Source of the DNA: Eledone cirrhosa
Taxonomy: Eukaryota
Direction: 5' to 3'
NCBI GenBank assembly: GCA_964016885.1
Contig: OZ024751.1
Span: 8,866,001-8,930,000 of the forward strand
Length of the DNA stretch: 64,000 bases
A program made the position numbers and the translations under genes. The notes below the pieces were generated by a model, which saw nothing but the letters and a program-made list of their open reading frames with translations, did no database searches and was not told the DNA's origin. Below, piece by piece: positions 31,802 to 46,388 of this stretch; within the stretch, counting starts at the first letter, position 1, and each line of letters begins with the position of its first letter.

Positions 31802-31962
31802 GTTGAGTGCTTTATATCAGTTATAAAAATTGTTAATATATTGTATATTTACTTCATTAATTTGTTGAGTACTTTATAGCAGTTATAAAACTTGTTAATA
31901 TATTATATATTTACTCCAATCATTTGTTGAGTGCTTTATAGCAGTTATAAAAATTGTTAATA
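31802..31962. repeat. Three tandem copies of an approximately 62-bp unit (third partial)
   Basis: gttgagtg/actttata..agttataaaa..tgttaata at 31802, 31864 and 31926. Confidence 0.85.
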
Positions 31963-31963
31963 A

Positions 31964-32017
<54 letters not shown>

Positions 32018-32145
32018 GTGTAGGAGGTGAGTTTTATTGTAGTACAATAAAGCAATGCTGATAACGGTTAAGTAGCACTTTACAGTTTGTAGGACTGGAG
32101 TATAAATAATATGTAAGATCAAAAGATGGTTAAACAAGTTCCATG

Positions 32146-32216
32146 TATTTTATTATGCGCATTTCAAAAATAAATATCATCATGCGATGACATTTGCGTT
32201 TTCATCAGATAAAATA
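32146..32216 (-). ncRNA. Minimal type-I hammerhead ribozyme, family A, intact
   Basis: Reverse complement: tattttat-CTGATGA-stem II-GAAA-TGCGCA-TA-ataaaata (8-bp stem I). Confidence 0.85.
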
Positions 32217-32314
32217 GGGAGACATGATATGAAGGTTAAAAAACACTTGTGAATAGTGCAGTTTTAAATCAACACTATTCACAAGTGTTTCTTAACCTTC
32301 ATATCATGTCTCCC

Positions 32315-32385
32315 TATTTTATCTGATGAAAACGCAAATGTCATAGCTTAATGATATTTGTTTTTGAAATGCGCATAATAAAATA
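32315..32385 (+). ncRNA. Minimal type-I hammerhead ribozyme, family A, intact
   Basis: tattttat-CTGATGA(32323)-aaacgcaaatgtcat..atgatatttgttttt-GAAA-TGCGCA-TA-ataaaata. Confidence 0.85.
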
Positions 32386-32413
32386 CATGGAAATCTTTTA
32401 ACGATCGTTTGAT

Positions 32414-32472
<59 letters not shown>

Positions 32473-32556
32473 GTGTGTGTGTGTGTGTGTGTGCGTGTAT
32501 ATGTGTGTATGTATCTGTGTGAGTGTATGTGTGTGTATATATATATTTATATATAC

Positions 32557-32592
<36 letters not shown>

Positions 32593-32658
32593 GTGTATAT
32601 ATATATATACGTATATAATATATATGTATATATATGTGTATATATATATATGTATATA

Positions 32659-32766
<108 letters not shown>

Positions 32767-33346
32767 TATATATATATATATATATATATATATGGTGGCT
32801 GCCAACTCGTTTTCGAGTACGGCCACTACTTTATATCCATGTAGGAGAACCCCTACTGATGCGCTGAACGAGTGTGACTTTTTAGTCCAGCCAGCGACTT
32901 GAAAACTCTGGTACAAAGACTACACTTGTGACAATTATTGACACATAGTGTTGGGCCCATGGTACCATGTGAAGACAAGTGCAGAGAGATCTCCAGATAT
33001 AAAGCAATGCCTGTGCCGTGAAGCTTTTATAGTGAGCAAAGGCACTGCACAAAGCCAGTCCCACTCTCTTAACCAAGATGATATTTACCAAAAAGAAGAA
33101 CAAGTCAACATCATTGGATACCATCAGGGTTGCAGGTGTTATATCAGAGTTTTCCTTCTCCTAGAATTCTGCCTTGACAAAGGCTAAGGGGTCATCTCTC
33201 CCGGTGATTTTGGATGGCCATTGACTCTTAAGAGCTCCTTTGCCCTTTGATATATATATACACACACAGATACATGCATATATATATACAGACATACACA
33301 CCCATATATTACTCTTTTACTCTTTTACCTGTTCCAGCCATCTGGC

Positions 33347-33472
<126 letters not shown>

Positions 33473-33558
33473 ATTGGATATTTAGTAAAATCGAATCTAT
33501 GGAGCTCTGCAAGCAAATTCGGCCTACTTATGAGGTGATGATGATATATATATATATA

Positions 33559-33836
33559 TGTAGGAGGTGAGTTTTATTGTAGTACAATAAAGCAATGCAA
33601 ATATCGGATAAGTATCACTCTACAGTTTTTAGGACCAGAGTATAAATAATATAAGATCAGATCAATATGATATGTTGACTTAAAACTTCACTATTCACAA
33701 GTGTTTTTTAACCTTCATATCATGTATCCCTATTTTAACTGATGAAAACGCAGATATCATCACATGATATTTGTTTTTGAAATGCGCATAATAAACTACT
33801 TGGAACTCTTTTAACCATCTTTTGATCTTATATTAT
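33559..33836 (-). mobile_element. PLE-like family A: extension plus inverted arm with HHR at 33731-33798 (+)
   Basis: Same extension as 32018; CTGATGA at 33739, then GAAA-TGCGCA-TA. Confidence 0.8.
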
Positions 33837-34041
33837 ATATATATATTTATTTAGGTTTGCTGGTTCACCACTGGATAGAACTGGTCATTCCGTATTGTCA
33901 ATCTCGATGTAATACTATGGAGCGTACTCAATGTAATGTAACTCACCCGTCTTCATTTGTGTAGTTGGTGGTGCGAGTACGGAGTTAATTATTATAAAAT
34001 AACAGGAGACTGCACTGGTGTAAATCCCTGAAAGGTTTCTT

Positions 34042-34100
34042 ATACTATGATCATTTCAATGACCGGGTTCAGTATGAATCCGGTGACATGATCAGGTATT
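34042..34100 (-). ncRNA. Hammerhead, family I, G8C-mutated core
   Basis: Reverse complement: atac-CTGATCA-stem II-GAAA-TGATCA-TA-gtat. Confidence 0.6.
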
Positions 34101-35874
34101 CAAAATATAACAAAGGAATATAACAGATAAAATCCATGGGGATGAATATCAGAGACAAGAGGGCGATCGACTATTTAGCTTCTTCTACACCTGTCTGCCG
34201 CCCTCAAGTGTTGTCTACTTATGACAATCATGTGAGGGGTGCAAGCTTATAATGTGCAACTATCACCCCGTCAAAGGGAAATGTCAGCATTGATGTCATG
34301 CCTCAATCAGGCTGGTCATGGGTGCTCGAAATTGCCGAGAAAAATGTTTTTTCCAACGAAGAAATATCTTCAACAAAGACATATAAAAGAGAGAGAGAGA
34401 GTGTGTGTGGATGAGAGAGAGAGAGAGTGTGTGTGGATGAGAGAGAGAGAGGATGAGTGACAGAGAGAGTAAAAAAGCGAGAGAGAGTGTGTGTGAAAGA
34501 AATAGAGAGAGCGATTGACAGAGAGAGTGAGAAAGAGAGAGTGTGTCTAAGTGATAGAGAGAGAAAGTGACAATTTACAGGAGGCTTTTATGAAACAGTT
34601 TAAGTGTAATATACATAGTCACGATAAATGGTCAGGGTAGGATATAGAGTAAAGATTAAGCCCTTGTTTAGCGGTCAATAACCAGCGACGACTGCGGACT
34701 CCCGCCAGCCTCCCTACCTACGTGCCAGCCGTTCCCAGTAATATCGTCGAGCTAATGAAATGGGAAATAATTTTCCCAGACACTCCAGGAATGCAACTGT
34801 CTTAGGCGTCGGGTGGGTTAGCGGGTTCTGAGCAGCCTTTCCGAGTAATTTCGTTTACGGACGGATGTGGCGGCTTTCCCGACTGCACGCTAGGCGCTCG
34901 GGCAGTTCTGCCTTCCTTTAGTGCTTGGAAAAATAAATTTCCCCTTCTTTCGGTAAACGAAATTACTCGGAACTGCTGCTTCGGCCCGGGGCGCTGTTGG
35001 GCTTGGGACTCGCCGCGCCCCGGCATAGACCGCCAAATAGTACCTTTAATTTCTAGGCTTAATCATAACTATTAGCCGTATCATGGCTACTCCTACTAGC
35101 ACTTAACTAAATCCACCTCATGTGTGACTTACTAGTAATCGTGTGGTATATACGATGGGCAGCCGGCGGTTGCGGACCTTCCCGCTAACACACCGACCCC
35201 TAAGTCAGTTACATTCCTGGAGTGCTCGGAAAAATTATTTTCCATTTCTTTCGCTAGACGATATTACTCGGAACAGCTGGCACGGAGGTAGGTGGGGGGC
35301 TGGCGGTGGTCCGCAGTCGTCGCTGGTTATTGACCGCTAAACAAGGGCTTAATCTTCACTCTATATCCTAACCTGGACATTTATCGTGATTATATATATT
35401 ACACTTCAACTTTTTCATAAAAGCCTCCTATTGTAAATTATCACTTACACACACTCTCTCTTTCTCACTCACTCTGTCAATCTCTCTCTCTATTTCATTC
35501 ACACACACTCTCTATATTTGTTTACTCTCTCTGTCACCCTCCCTCTCTTTCTCATTCACACACACACTCTCTCTCTCTTTTACTCTCCATATATGTCTTT
35601 CTTGAAAATATTTTTCTTTGGAAGAAACATTTTTCTCGGCAATTTCGAGCACCCATGATCAACCTGATTGAATCATGACCTCAACGCTGACATTTCCCTT
35701 TAACGGGGTGATAGTAGCACATTATATGCTTGCACCCCCTCACCAGATGGTCATAAGTCGACTTAATAATCAACACTTGAGGGCGGTCGACAGATGTAGA
35801 AGCTGCTAAATAGTCGGACGCCCTCTTTTCTCTGATTTTCAACCCCATGGATTGTATCTGTTATATTCCTTTTG

Positions 35875-35952
35875 AATACCTGATGATGTCACCGGACCTG
35901 ATGATGTCACCGGATTCATACTGAACCCAGTCATTGAAATGATCATAGTATA
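35875..35952 (+). ncRNA. Hammerhead, family I, with an 18-nt duplication of the 5' core
   Basis: atac-CTGATGA(35880, repeated at 35898)-stem II-GAAA-TGATCA-TA-gtat. Confidence 0.75.
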
Positions 35953-36079
35953 ATAAAACTTTCAAGGATTTACACCAGTCCAGCCTCCGGTTATTTTATA
36001 TTATATATATATATATTTATATATATATTATTCTTTGACATAATCATTGAATAGTGTTTAACAATTTAATATATATATT

Positions 36080-36148
<69 letters not shown>

Positions 36149-36179
36149 GTATGTATATATGTATACGTATATATATATG

Positions 36180-37192
36180 TTTTCAAGTTTTCAATGAACC
36201 CTCCATACACGTATACGGTCAACTAAAGGCTCCTGACACATTTGTGTATTTGGGGAGTAATCTGAGTGTGACCTGCTCTCTGGATTCAGAAGTTGGTCTA
36301 CGTATTAGTAAGGCAAGTGAATCATTTGGAAGGCTCAACGACCATCTTTGGTGCAGGCGAGGAATCACAATGAGGACCAAGGTGAAATTGTATGCTACAC
36401 GTGTACTGTCAGCTTTGCTGTGCGTATGTGAGACATGGGTTGCCTACAAACGCATATCCACAGACTGGAACGGTTTCACCAGCAGTGTCTCAGAAAGATG
36501 CTCAGTATCAAGTGGCAGATGCATGTGAGTGATGTTGAGGTCCTTGAGAGAAGGGAGTGTCGGAGCATTGAGAGTATCATCCACCAACGGCGTTTGCCAT
36601 GGACCGGATATCTCTGCACAATGGAGGATGATCGAATCCCAAAACAACTCTTATATGGCGAGCTTTGTTAGGGTAAGAGACCACCTCACAAGCCAAAGCT
36701 CCGATTCAATGACTGTGTAAAGGACTCATTGAAAAAAACTGGTTTGATGATGGCTGACTGGGAGATAGAAGCTATTGAAAGAGAAACTTGGCGTGTAATG
36801 GTGAATGATGGGGTGCATAATTTTGAGTACAGACGCATAGAGCAGGAGAAGATGTAACGGGATATGCGTAAGCTATGCCCTGGTATATCTCTCGAAACAA
36901 TCGGTGTGTCCATTGAATTGAAGTGCCTTGAGTGAAAAAAATTGCTTCAGCCAATCTGGTCTCAGGTCCGCAGTCGCAGCCATGTTCAAAGAGAACCAGT
37001 GAACTATGATCTCCACGGTGTTGTGAGGCTTCATGGGCAACCTGATGTATGACCTCAAGCGAGAGAGATCCATAGTTGTCGACAGCGTGTGCAGGAGTGC
37101 ATATCTCTAGCTGGCTTGAAAAGCCATATCCGAGCGTCCCACATCTGAATCTAACAAGCGATTGCAATACTCTTGCCAGAATGTTCAGCCAT

Positions 37193-37195
<3 letters not shown>
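36180..37195 (+). mobile_element. RTE (BovB-like) LINE 3' fragment
   Basis: FVYLGSNLS..RISKASESFGRL..TKVKLY, LERFHQQCLRKML..RIPKQLLYGEL. Confidence 0.9.
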
Positions 37196-37251
<56 letters not shown>

Positions 37252-37476
37252 GTATACGCAGATATACATATATATATATATATATATGAAAACATATGTA
37301 TATGTATATATATATGTGTATATGTATGTATCTATACATGTATATATATATATATATATATACATGTATAGATATATTAATTTATATATATATGGATATA
37401 TATAAATATATGTATATATATATATATATAAATATATGTATATATATATATATATACATATATAGACATACATATA

Positions 37477-37651
<175 letters not shown>

Positions 37652-39167
37652 ATAACTGTATTCATATATATATAATTTTTTTTTGAGTATATGTTGGTTG
37701 TTTACCGACACCTAAGTATGCAGAATGGAGCACACGACGAAGTAGGCAGGTTGGTTTGTCTACAATAAGTTGGTTTGTCTATAATAAATTCCCTGCTATA
37801 TATATTTCAGTGACAGCCATTATTGACTGTGAGGTCATCAGGCAGTATGAATTAATGTAGAAAAAACAGGTAAACATGTTGTTGAAATGTGCTCCACTGT
37901 CAATCCATCTATATATCCAGCTACTGGGTGTGTTGTTAGTCCTCCGAGGAACTGGAACGATATGAGCTAGAACAAACGAATTTCAGCGTCAGAGCACACG
38001 TTCGTACCCCATTGGTCAGTTATCATACACCCCCCCCCCCAGTCGAAAGTCTATAGAAATTCTTCAGAGACTGGTCAACCTGTTATAGTTGTTTTTATCA
38101 GAATGTTTAAGTTCAGCTGACCTCTGTTACTGTGGTGGTAATGGTAGTGCTGTTAAGAGGTCAGTGCAGGTTAACCATAGTAGGCTGCTGCTATGATCGG
38201 GAGAATTTATGTGTGCACACTGGCATCTATTCTGCCACCATTTTTCGTGGGGGGGGGGGGGGGGTAAATAAACAATGCGTATGTGGGTACAACCAATAAA
38301 AATCAAAAAATGAAAAATTTAGAAAAATATAAAATGAGATAAAAAAAACCTGTGTGTCAGAATCCAGAAGTGTAAAGAATTACAATTCTTATTTTGACAT
38401 AGAGTACATACGTGTAATTATCCGTCAACGCACACTGTTGCACGTACACACGTACACACACATGCTCAGGTGCATTCACATATTACGTCTACACAGTCAC
38501 ACGCAAGCATACATGCACGCACACAAACTTCCATATACGCCCACATATGGATACACACACACAGACACAGGGTCAAAAGTCACCTCTAGAGGTGGGGAGA
38601 GGGGTAAGTAGTAGTAATAGACACGTCCTATTTACTTGTGGTATTTATCACTGACGCATGCGTGCGAAGGGGGTCGCGTTCGAGGCAGGATATCCTCCGG
38701 AACACAAGCCGGGGTTGGGCGTTGGGGCCCGCTGGTCGAAACTTGGGGTGCCTGTTTGATAACAGGATAGGACTCCGTCAAGGTACTTCGTCTCTTTATA
38801 TCATCTAGTATCGGCTAACTTGAGTTCTGATTAAGGAAGTGAGAGAGAGGGGGTTGACCACAGCTGTCTGTGGCAATTGTTTCAAAATAACTGATAGTTT
38901 GGTTTCGCTGATGTTTTTCTCTGAGACAAGTGTTGCAGTATTTACATTTTCGATTTTTGTTAATAGATTATCAGTGCAGTTTTTATCCCCAGAATCCTTT
39001 TGTTTTAACATTCGGGTTATGGTTATGTTTTCTTAACTTCATAAGGCATAGTGTTGGTTGAGGGAATATTAATCAAAAGTACCACATGAAAGTCTACACT
39101 GTAGACACTACAGTCTTCAAGCCAAGAAAAGAACTTAACATTGTAACTTTAACACAGCTACTGAGCA

Positions 39168-39198
39168 GCCCCGAGCAACGCCGGGCTTTACTGCTAGT
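39168..39198 (+). mobile_element. Helitron-type 3' terminus
   Basis: gccccgagcaacgccgggc hairpin followed by tgCTAGt; same motif as 27150. Confidence 0.65.
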
Positions 39199-39218
39199 AT
39201 GTATATATAACTCTTTGT

Positions 39219-39292
<74 letters not shown>

Positions 39293-39711
39293 CTATATGT
39301 ATGCATATATATACATACATATATATATATATATGTATATACATCTATATATAATATATATCATATACATCTATGTAACACACACGTACAAATCAAAAAA
39401 AGATATGTTTCGCCAAATAGGTTGTTGACAGAAATGATTAGCCCATGGTTCATCAGCGTGTGTAAGGCTATACATTTCAGACAACACTAAAATAATCAAA
39501 AGCGAGCGTCCAGCGACATGTGGGAGAGAGAATTCGAAGCGTGCCTAGGGCTGTAACGAGTGTGTTAGATATTTATCGAAGTATGTATTTACACTTTAAT
39601 TTATGCTTTTAATTATTGTGAGCCTGCTCTGCCTTTCATAGGCTATATATTCCATACACTGGTGGTTTTTCAATGTTTGACTGATGACGCACTATCTATA
39701 TCTACATATAG

Positions 39712-39753
<42 letters not shown>

Positions 39754-40250
39754 GTGTGTGTGTGTGTGTGTGTGTGCCGTTATGTGTATATATATATATG
39801 TGTATATACATATGTATATATATATCTATATGTATGTATAAATATATATGTATATATATAAATATGTATATAAATATATATAGATATATCGTATATTTAT
39901 CTATATATATGTCTATATGTATGTGTATATATATATAAGTTGAAATAAAATGAAAACGAAATTTCATTTCTCACTCTTAGTATGGCACTTACTTAAATGT
40001 AAGTATGTATGTATACGTACATACATATATGTATACAGACGTACACTAGCATGCATATATATATATATATATAATATATATATATACATATATATACATA
40101 CAGGTACACATACATATATGCACGTATCAGCTTAGCGGACGCTTATTATAACGCCGCTTTGTTCGTTTGTAAACAAACTGAACAGCCTGATTTTATGCCA
40201 TACGGTGTTAAGGCAACCACGTCACCTTTTTGTTCAACACTGACACAGGA

Positions 40251-40293
40251 ACGATGTACTAGTTTCAAGCTTGATAGCTATCATCAGCACCGT
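40251..40293 (-). ncRNA. Minimal hammerhead ribozyme, family H, copy 1
   Basis: Reverse complement: acggtg-CTGATGA-tagc tatcaa gctt-GAAA-CTAG-TA-catcgt. Confidence 0.85.
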
Positions 40294-40539
40294 ATACCCT
40301 TCTGCCAGATAGTTGAACGTTCGAAAGTATATACTTTCCTTATGAAAGTTAACGGCTGAGCAGCCTAATTTGCATATCGAGTGAGTGAGTTAAATCGGTC
40401 AGGCATACCGAAAACGATAAGTTGAAATAAAATGAAAACGAAATTTCATTTCTCACTCTTAGTACGGCACTTACTTAAATGTAAGTATGTATGTATACGT
40501 ACATACATATATGTATACAGACGTACAGTAGCATGCATA

Positions 40540-40667
<128 letters not shown>

Positions 40668-40831
40668 CATATATATACATACAGATACACATACATATAT
40701 GCACGTATCAGTTTAGCGGACGCTTATTATAACGCCGCTTTGTTCGTTTGTAAACACACTGTAAAGCCTGAATTTATGCCATACGGTGTTAAGGCAACCA
40801 TGTCACCTTTTTGTTCAACACTGACACAGGA

Positions 40832-40874
40832 ACGATGTACTAGTTTCAAGCTTGTTAGCTATCATCAGCACCGT
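40832..40874 (-). ncRNA. Minimal hammerhead ribozyme, family H, copy 2
   Basis: Same as copy 1, 581 bp away, same strand. Confidence 0.85.
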
Positions 40875-41061
40875 ATACCCTTCTGCCAGATAGTTGAACG
40901 TTCGAAAGTATATACTTTCCTTATGAAAGTGACGTGTTTGCCTTAACACCGTATGGCAAAAATTCAGGCTGTTCAGTTTGTTTACAAACGAACAAAGCGG
41001 CGTTATATTAAGCGTCCGCCAAACTGATACGTGCATATATGTATGTGTACCTGTATGTATA

Positions 41062-41131
<70 letters not shown>

Positions 41132-41367
41132 TGCTACTGTACGTCTGTATACATATATGTATGTACGTATACATACATACTTACATTTAAGTAAGTGCCG
41201 TACTGAGAGTGAGAAATGAAATTTCGTTTTCATTTTATTTCAACTTATCGTTTTCGGTACGCCTGACCGATTTAACTCACTCGATATGCAAATTAGGCTG
41301 CTCAGCCGTTAATTTTCATAAGGAAAGTATATACTTTCTAACGTTCAACTATCTGGCAGAAGGGTAT

Positions 41368-41410
41368 ACGGTGCTGATTATAGCTAACAAGCTTGAAACT
41401 AGTACATCGT
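41368..41410 (+). ncRNA. Hammerhead, family H, inverted copy with G8U core (CTGATTA)
   Basis: acggtg-CTGATTA-tagctaacaagctt-GAAA-CTAG-TA-catcgt. Confidence 0.65.
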
Positions 41411-41560
41411 TCCTGTGTCAGTGTTGAACAAAAAGGTGACGTGGTTGCCTTAACACCGTATGGCATAAAATCAGGCTGTTCAGTTTGTTTACAAACGAAC
41501 AAAGCGGCGTTATAATAAGCGTCCGCTAAGCTGATACGTGCATATATGTATGTGTACCTG

Positions 41561-41623
<63 letters not shown>

Positions 41624-41747
41624 GCATGCTACTGTACGTCTGTATACATATATGTATGTGCGTATACATACATACTTACATATATATATATATATATATA
41701 TATAGTGTATATATATATACGGTTGTCCTTCCTGTTCCTATAACCAT

Positions 41748-41800
41748 GCCTATTACGAGCTGAGGATCCGCTAAGGTGAAACAATTGTTCTCGGTATGGC
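41748..41800 (+). ncRNA. Minimal hammerhead ribozyme in a separate 210-bp island (41720-41932) between TA tracts
   Basis: gcctattacgag-CTGAGGA-tcc gctaa ggt-GAAA-CAATTG-TT-ctcggtatggc. Confidence 0.75.
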
Positions 41801-41930
41801 GAACTAACTGTTGTGTAACCATCTCTACCTAACTCGTCCCATGGATTGAGTGCTCTAGCACTACGTTCTTCCTATTCCCACTGCATTTTTAAGTTAACTG
41901 AAATAGAAACTACACAGACATTTCTATTCT

Positions 41931-41993
<63 letters not shown>

Positions 41994-41996
41994 CAA

Positions 41997-42068
<72 letters not shown>

Positions 42069-42110
42069 ACATATATATTTATATATAAGTATATATATGT
42101 ATATATATAA

Positions 42111-42485
42111 TGTAGGAGGTGAGTTTTATTGCAGTACAATAAAGCAATGCAGATATCGGATAAGAAGCACTCTACAGTTTGTAGGACTGGAGTATATATA
42201 ATATATAAGAACAAAAGATGGTTAAAAGAGTTCCATGTATTTTATTATGCGCATTTCAAAAACAAATATCATCATGCAATAATATTTGTGTTTTCATCAG
42301 ATAAATCAACATATATGTTGATTTAAAACTGCACTATCCACAAGTGTTTTTTAATCTTCATATCATGTCTTCCTGTTTTATCTGATGAAAACACAAATAT
42401 TATTGCATGATGATATTTGTTTTTGAAATGTGCATAATAAAATACATGGAACTCTTTTAACCATATTTTGTTCTTATATATTATG
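42111..42485 (-). mobile_element. PLE-like foldback, family A, HHRs at about 42238-42305 (-) and 42374-42444 (+)
   Basis: Extension 42111-42200; inverted arms; tcatcag at 42294 and CTGATGA at 42382. Confidence 0.85.
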
Positions 42486-42509
42486 TATATATATATATAT
42501 ATATATATG

Positions 42510-44300
42510 ATAGAGTTTTATTTCTAGGGATTCTGCACTTAGATTTGTTTACAGATCTTAATGGGGTATATTTGGCAGGTATATTTGTTACAGTGTCTAC
42601 AAATGACTGCCAGGATTTGTTTATGTTAGTGGGTGTGTGAGTGTGCTGGAAAGACCAATGGACATGTGCAAGATCATGATTGCTCGCTTTCCAGTTTGCA
42701 TTATGACTATCCATGGTGTCAAATGGATGAACTAGAGAGATGTCATTGGGTTTGCGTTTTGGACGGTGGAATCTCAGATCACAAAGAACGTCATGTTCTG
42801 AGAGTAGAGTTTTTTCCACTACTATATTGTGGATAGTGTCAGCGTGGTTACTGAACATTAGATCCAAGACGTGTTTGTGGCACCTTGTTGGTTCAATCAA
42901 AAGTTGGAAAAGGAAAAACTCTTTCATGAAATCAAGAAGCTATTGTACTGCTTCCTTCTCAGAGGCACAGGTCGAAAAACCTGGTATCAAGCTGTTTGTG
43001 GCATTGTTTGAAGTATGCTAGATGTGTTTATGGTGACCTATAGAACACAACTACTATTAAGTCGTTAGTTTTACTGTTCACTGTGAGTGATTCGCGGTAT
43101 CCTTTGGAAAATAAGTTCTTGGCCTCTGTCGAAAAGAATCATGTACAAAAATATCAGTCCCGCCCGATCTTCTGCCAGCGTGATCAGCACGGATAGCTTT
43201 GAAATTCATCACTTACACCTCGGCTTCTAAGTGTGTGTGTGTGTGGGGGGGATTGATACGTGCTTCGCTGAGGACAAAGAAAAGGATGTGGTTAGGAAAA
43301 TCATCAACCCAATCCACAAGTAAATTGATCTTCCATTTTTGAGTATTAGGGGAAGGGCCTTGAGCATTAAGCAAAAATGTTGAGGCTAAAGTAGTGGTTT
43401 ATTTTAGGTGGAGTTTTCTTTTAGGGGAGGGGGGTTAATGGCAGCAGTGGAAGTTTGTGCAGTGGGTGGTATTGGGTGATAGCTAGAATGGTTTTCTGTA
43501 GTTATTTTGCCAGATTCAGTATGGCTAAAAAAGAGGAGGAGGTTTGATGTGTTTAGGGAACTGTAAGTGACTGTTATTGCGGGTATTGAATTGGTTAGGG
43601 TTTGTATTTTTATTTTCATTTGTGCGTTGGTTCCCCGGTAGATGGGTAAAAGGACAATCACATTGTAGTCGTGGCAGAATAGCGGCAGATTTTGGGATTC
43701 AGTGTTTTAACATTTGGTGAAGTTATTGGTGGTTGTGGTGGTGGTGTTTTTGAAAATCTGCTTTGGTGTCGGCTGTTGTTGTTTTTTGGTATTGAGCGTT
43801 TTGTCCCGGGTCCACGAATGAATTTGCAGTCTCTGGCAGTACACAAACTATTACGTTAAAATAGCGGCAAATGATAGGGTTTCGAGGGAGTGGGTAAGTT
43901 TGTGTTGTAAGCGGAATAGATGATAATTTGTGTAGGTTTGGGTGTACTGTGTGAGCTGAGAGAGGTAAATTCCTTGCGATAGTAGTTAGCAAATATGTTG
44001 TTTTGGGGTTGATAGTAGTAGTAGGCGGAGGAGATGTTGGCAGTGATGATGATGTGGAGTTATTGATTGAATGTCTGTTAATTTATTTAAATACCACTTC
44101 AATTTTTTTAGTTTCTTTTGAATCTGTTGTTCTGTTAGGGTTTTTAAAAGATGAACTGTCTGCTTAGCAATTTCGTACAAACACGAAGCACATATGTTTT
44201 CTGTTTGGTTAAGGTAGTACGATATGTTTATTAGAAGGTCTATTTCCCAGACCAGTTTTCTTTGGGTTTTTGTTGAGTAGCCATTCTGGTGTGACTATAT
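42510..44300 (-). mobile_element. Decayed CR1/L2-type LINE 5' part (ORF1 with CCCH-like fingers plus AP endonuclease)
   Basis: FQLLIEPTR..HVLDLMFSN..LSEHDVL; ICRYF..C..RDCKF remnants upstream. Confidence 0.75.
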
Positions 44301-45455
44301 TTTATTTTATTTGTCGTTTACTCTTTGTGAGTTTGTGAGTTCAATGATTCCTAGAGGATAATCAGAGAGAAGTGTGTAGTATAGTTTTTATAGGAGTATA
44401 TGTTTCTATACTGAGATATTTGTGTTGTATTAGAAATATGTACTTGCAGACACTTGGAAATAAATCATGAAGTTACATATGGTGTTTTCCAGATCAGGTG
44501 AATATGTGTTAGTGCAGAATATGTGGCTTTAGTGAAAGATTTCTAGTTACAGAAAATAACAATATTAAAGCAGTTTTTTTTTTAAGTATTTAAAAAAATA
44601 AAAATTATATTTCTGTGGGTAAAACGTGAGGCGTTGCTGATAGATTATTTTAGGAATTTGCTGTGTAAGTATATATATTTCTATACAGGATGAGAATGCT
44701 GTATAAAAACATGTTATTACATTGAAGTCAGACCAGCTATTAGAGAGCCGGGTGTTAAAGAGGTTTTACAAAAGGATACTCAACCCCATGTTTAAAGGAA
44801 AAAAAATGGAGGCCCATATAATACACGATATTGGCTTCCACTACAAGGATATAAAAGTGAAGTCGCAAAATGCAGGTTGAAAATACTAGAAAATATTCCC
44901 TACATAAGACTTATGTTCATCCTTTAAACACGTTTTCTTAAACAACTAAATGTACACTATTGTAAATATAAAAATATTATGAACGTGAATACCGTCTGGG
45001 TATTGACAGGATGAGAGAATGTGCTGAATAATTGATAAAATATATATCTCTGCACATTAAAATGAAACAAAAGTAATAACATCATATAATTTAACATATC
45101 TTTGCTCTATACATCCTTCTCATACTAGTACTAGCTGTCCTACTTATTGCCCTTGAATGAGAAACAAAGACCCGGTCAACTATTCTTCTCCTTAGAAAAC
45201 ATACAGATTTTCTCTGATGTTAGCAATATTTCGTAAAGAATATTCCATGGAGACAGTATGTCTGTGAAGCTGTTTATTTTTGCACATATTCCAATGCAGT
45301 TTCTCTTCCAAAAACCCAGTAGCTATATACAACAACAGCGGGAAACATCAATGTCTCCAATAGATTCATTGTTGACGATATTAACATGCACAATGGAAAC
45401 AGCTACTTTGTACTATCTTCACGTACTCTCGATTAACTTAATACCTCTACCACCA

Positions 45456-45485
<30 letters not shown>

Positions 45486-45493
<8 letters not shown>

Positions 45494-45596
45494 ATTTTAT
45501 ATGTACGTATATGTATCATTGTATACATGTGTGTATATATCTATATATATATATTATATATATATTTATATATATTTATTTATATCTATCTATCTA

Positions 45597-45656
<60 letters not shown>

Positions 45657-45705
45657 TATACATATATACATACATATATATATACACATGTATACAATCA
45701 TACAT

Positions 45706-45765
<60 letters not shown>

Positions 45766-45814
45766 ATGTATGATTGTATACATGTGTATATATATATGTA
45801 TGTATATATGTATA

Positions 45815-45860
<46 letters not shown>

Positions 45861-45964
45861 TAGATATAAATAAATATATATAAATATATATATAATATAT
45901 ATATATAGATATATACACACATGTATACAATGATACATATACGTACATATAAAATACAAATATA
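45486..45964. repeat. About 480-bp inverted duplication of degenerate microsatellite DNA
   Basis: Every interruption on the left is mirrored on the right around the TA tract at about 45735. Confidence 0.88.
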
Positions 45965-46007
45965 CATATATATAGTTACTTACATATATACGTACTTACA
46001 TACATTT

Positions 46008-46347
<340 letters not shown>

Positions 46348-46351
46348 ACAT

Positions 46352-46388
<37 letters not shown>

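Larger units (their letters stand above)
32018..32418 (-). mobile_element. PLE-like foldback, family A, with two inverted HHRs
   Basis: Extension 32018-32110; arms about 32113-32258 and 32274-32417; flanked by (TA)n. Confidence 0.85.
33853..36003 (-). mobile_element. Large PLE-like foldback, family I (arms of about 850 bp)
   Basis: About 33990-34830 is the diverged reverse complement of about 35180-36003; left-only extension 33853-33990; HHR motifs in both arms. Confidence 0.8.

Noticed and set aside
31802-31962. Three spaced repeats as a possible CRISPR array
   Set aside because: The spacers are themselves similar; simple tandem duplication
38692-38755. aggca...gtcGAAActtgg..tgcct as an HHR
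   Set aside because: No CTGANGA-like 5' core and no UH triplet
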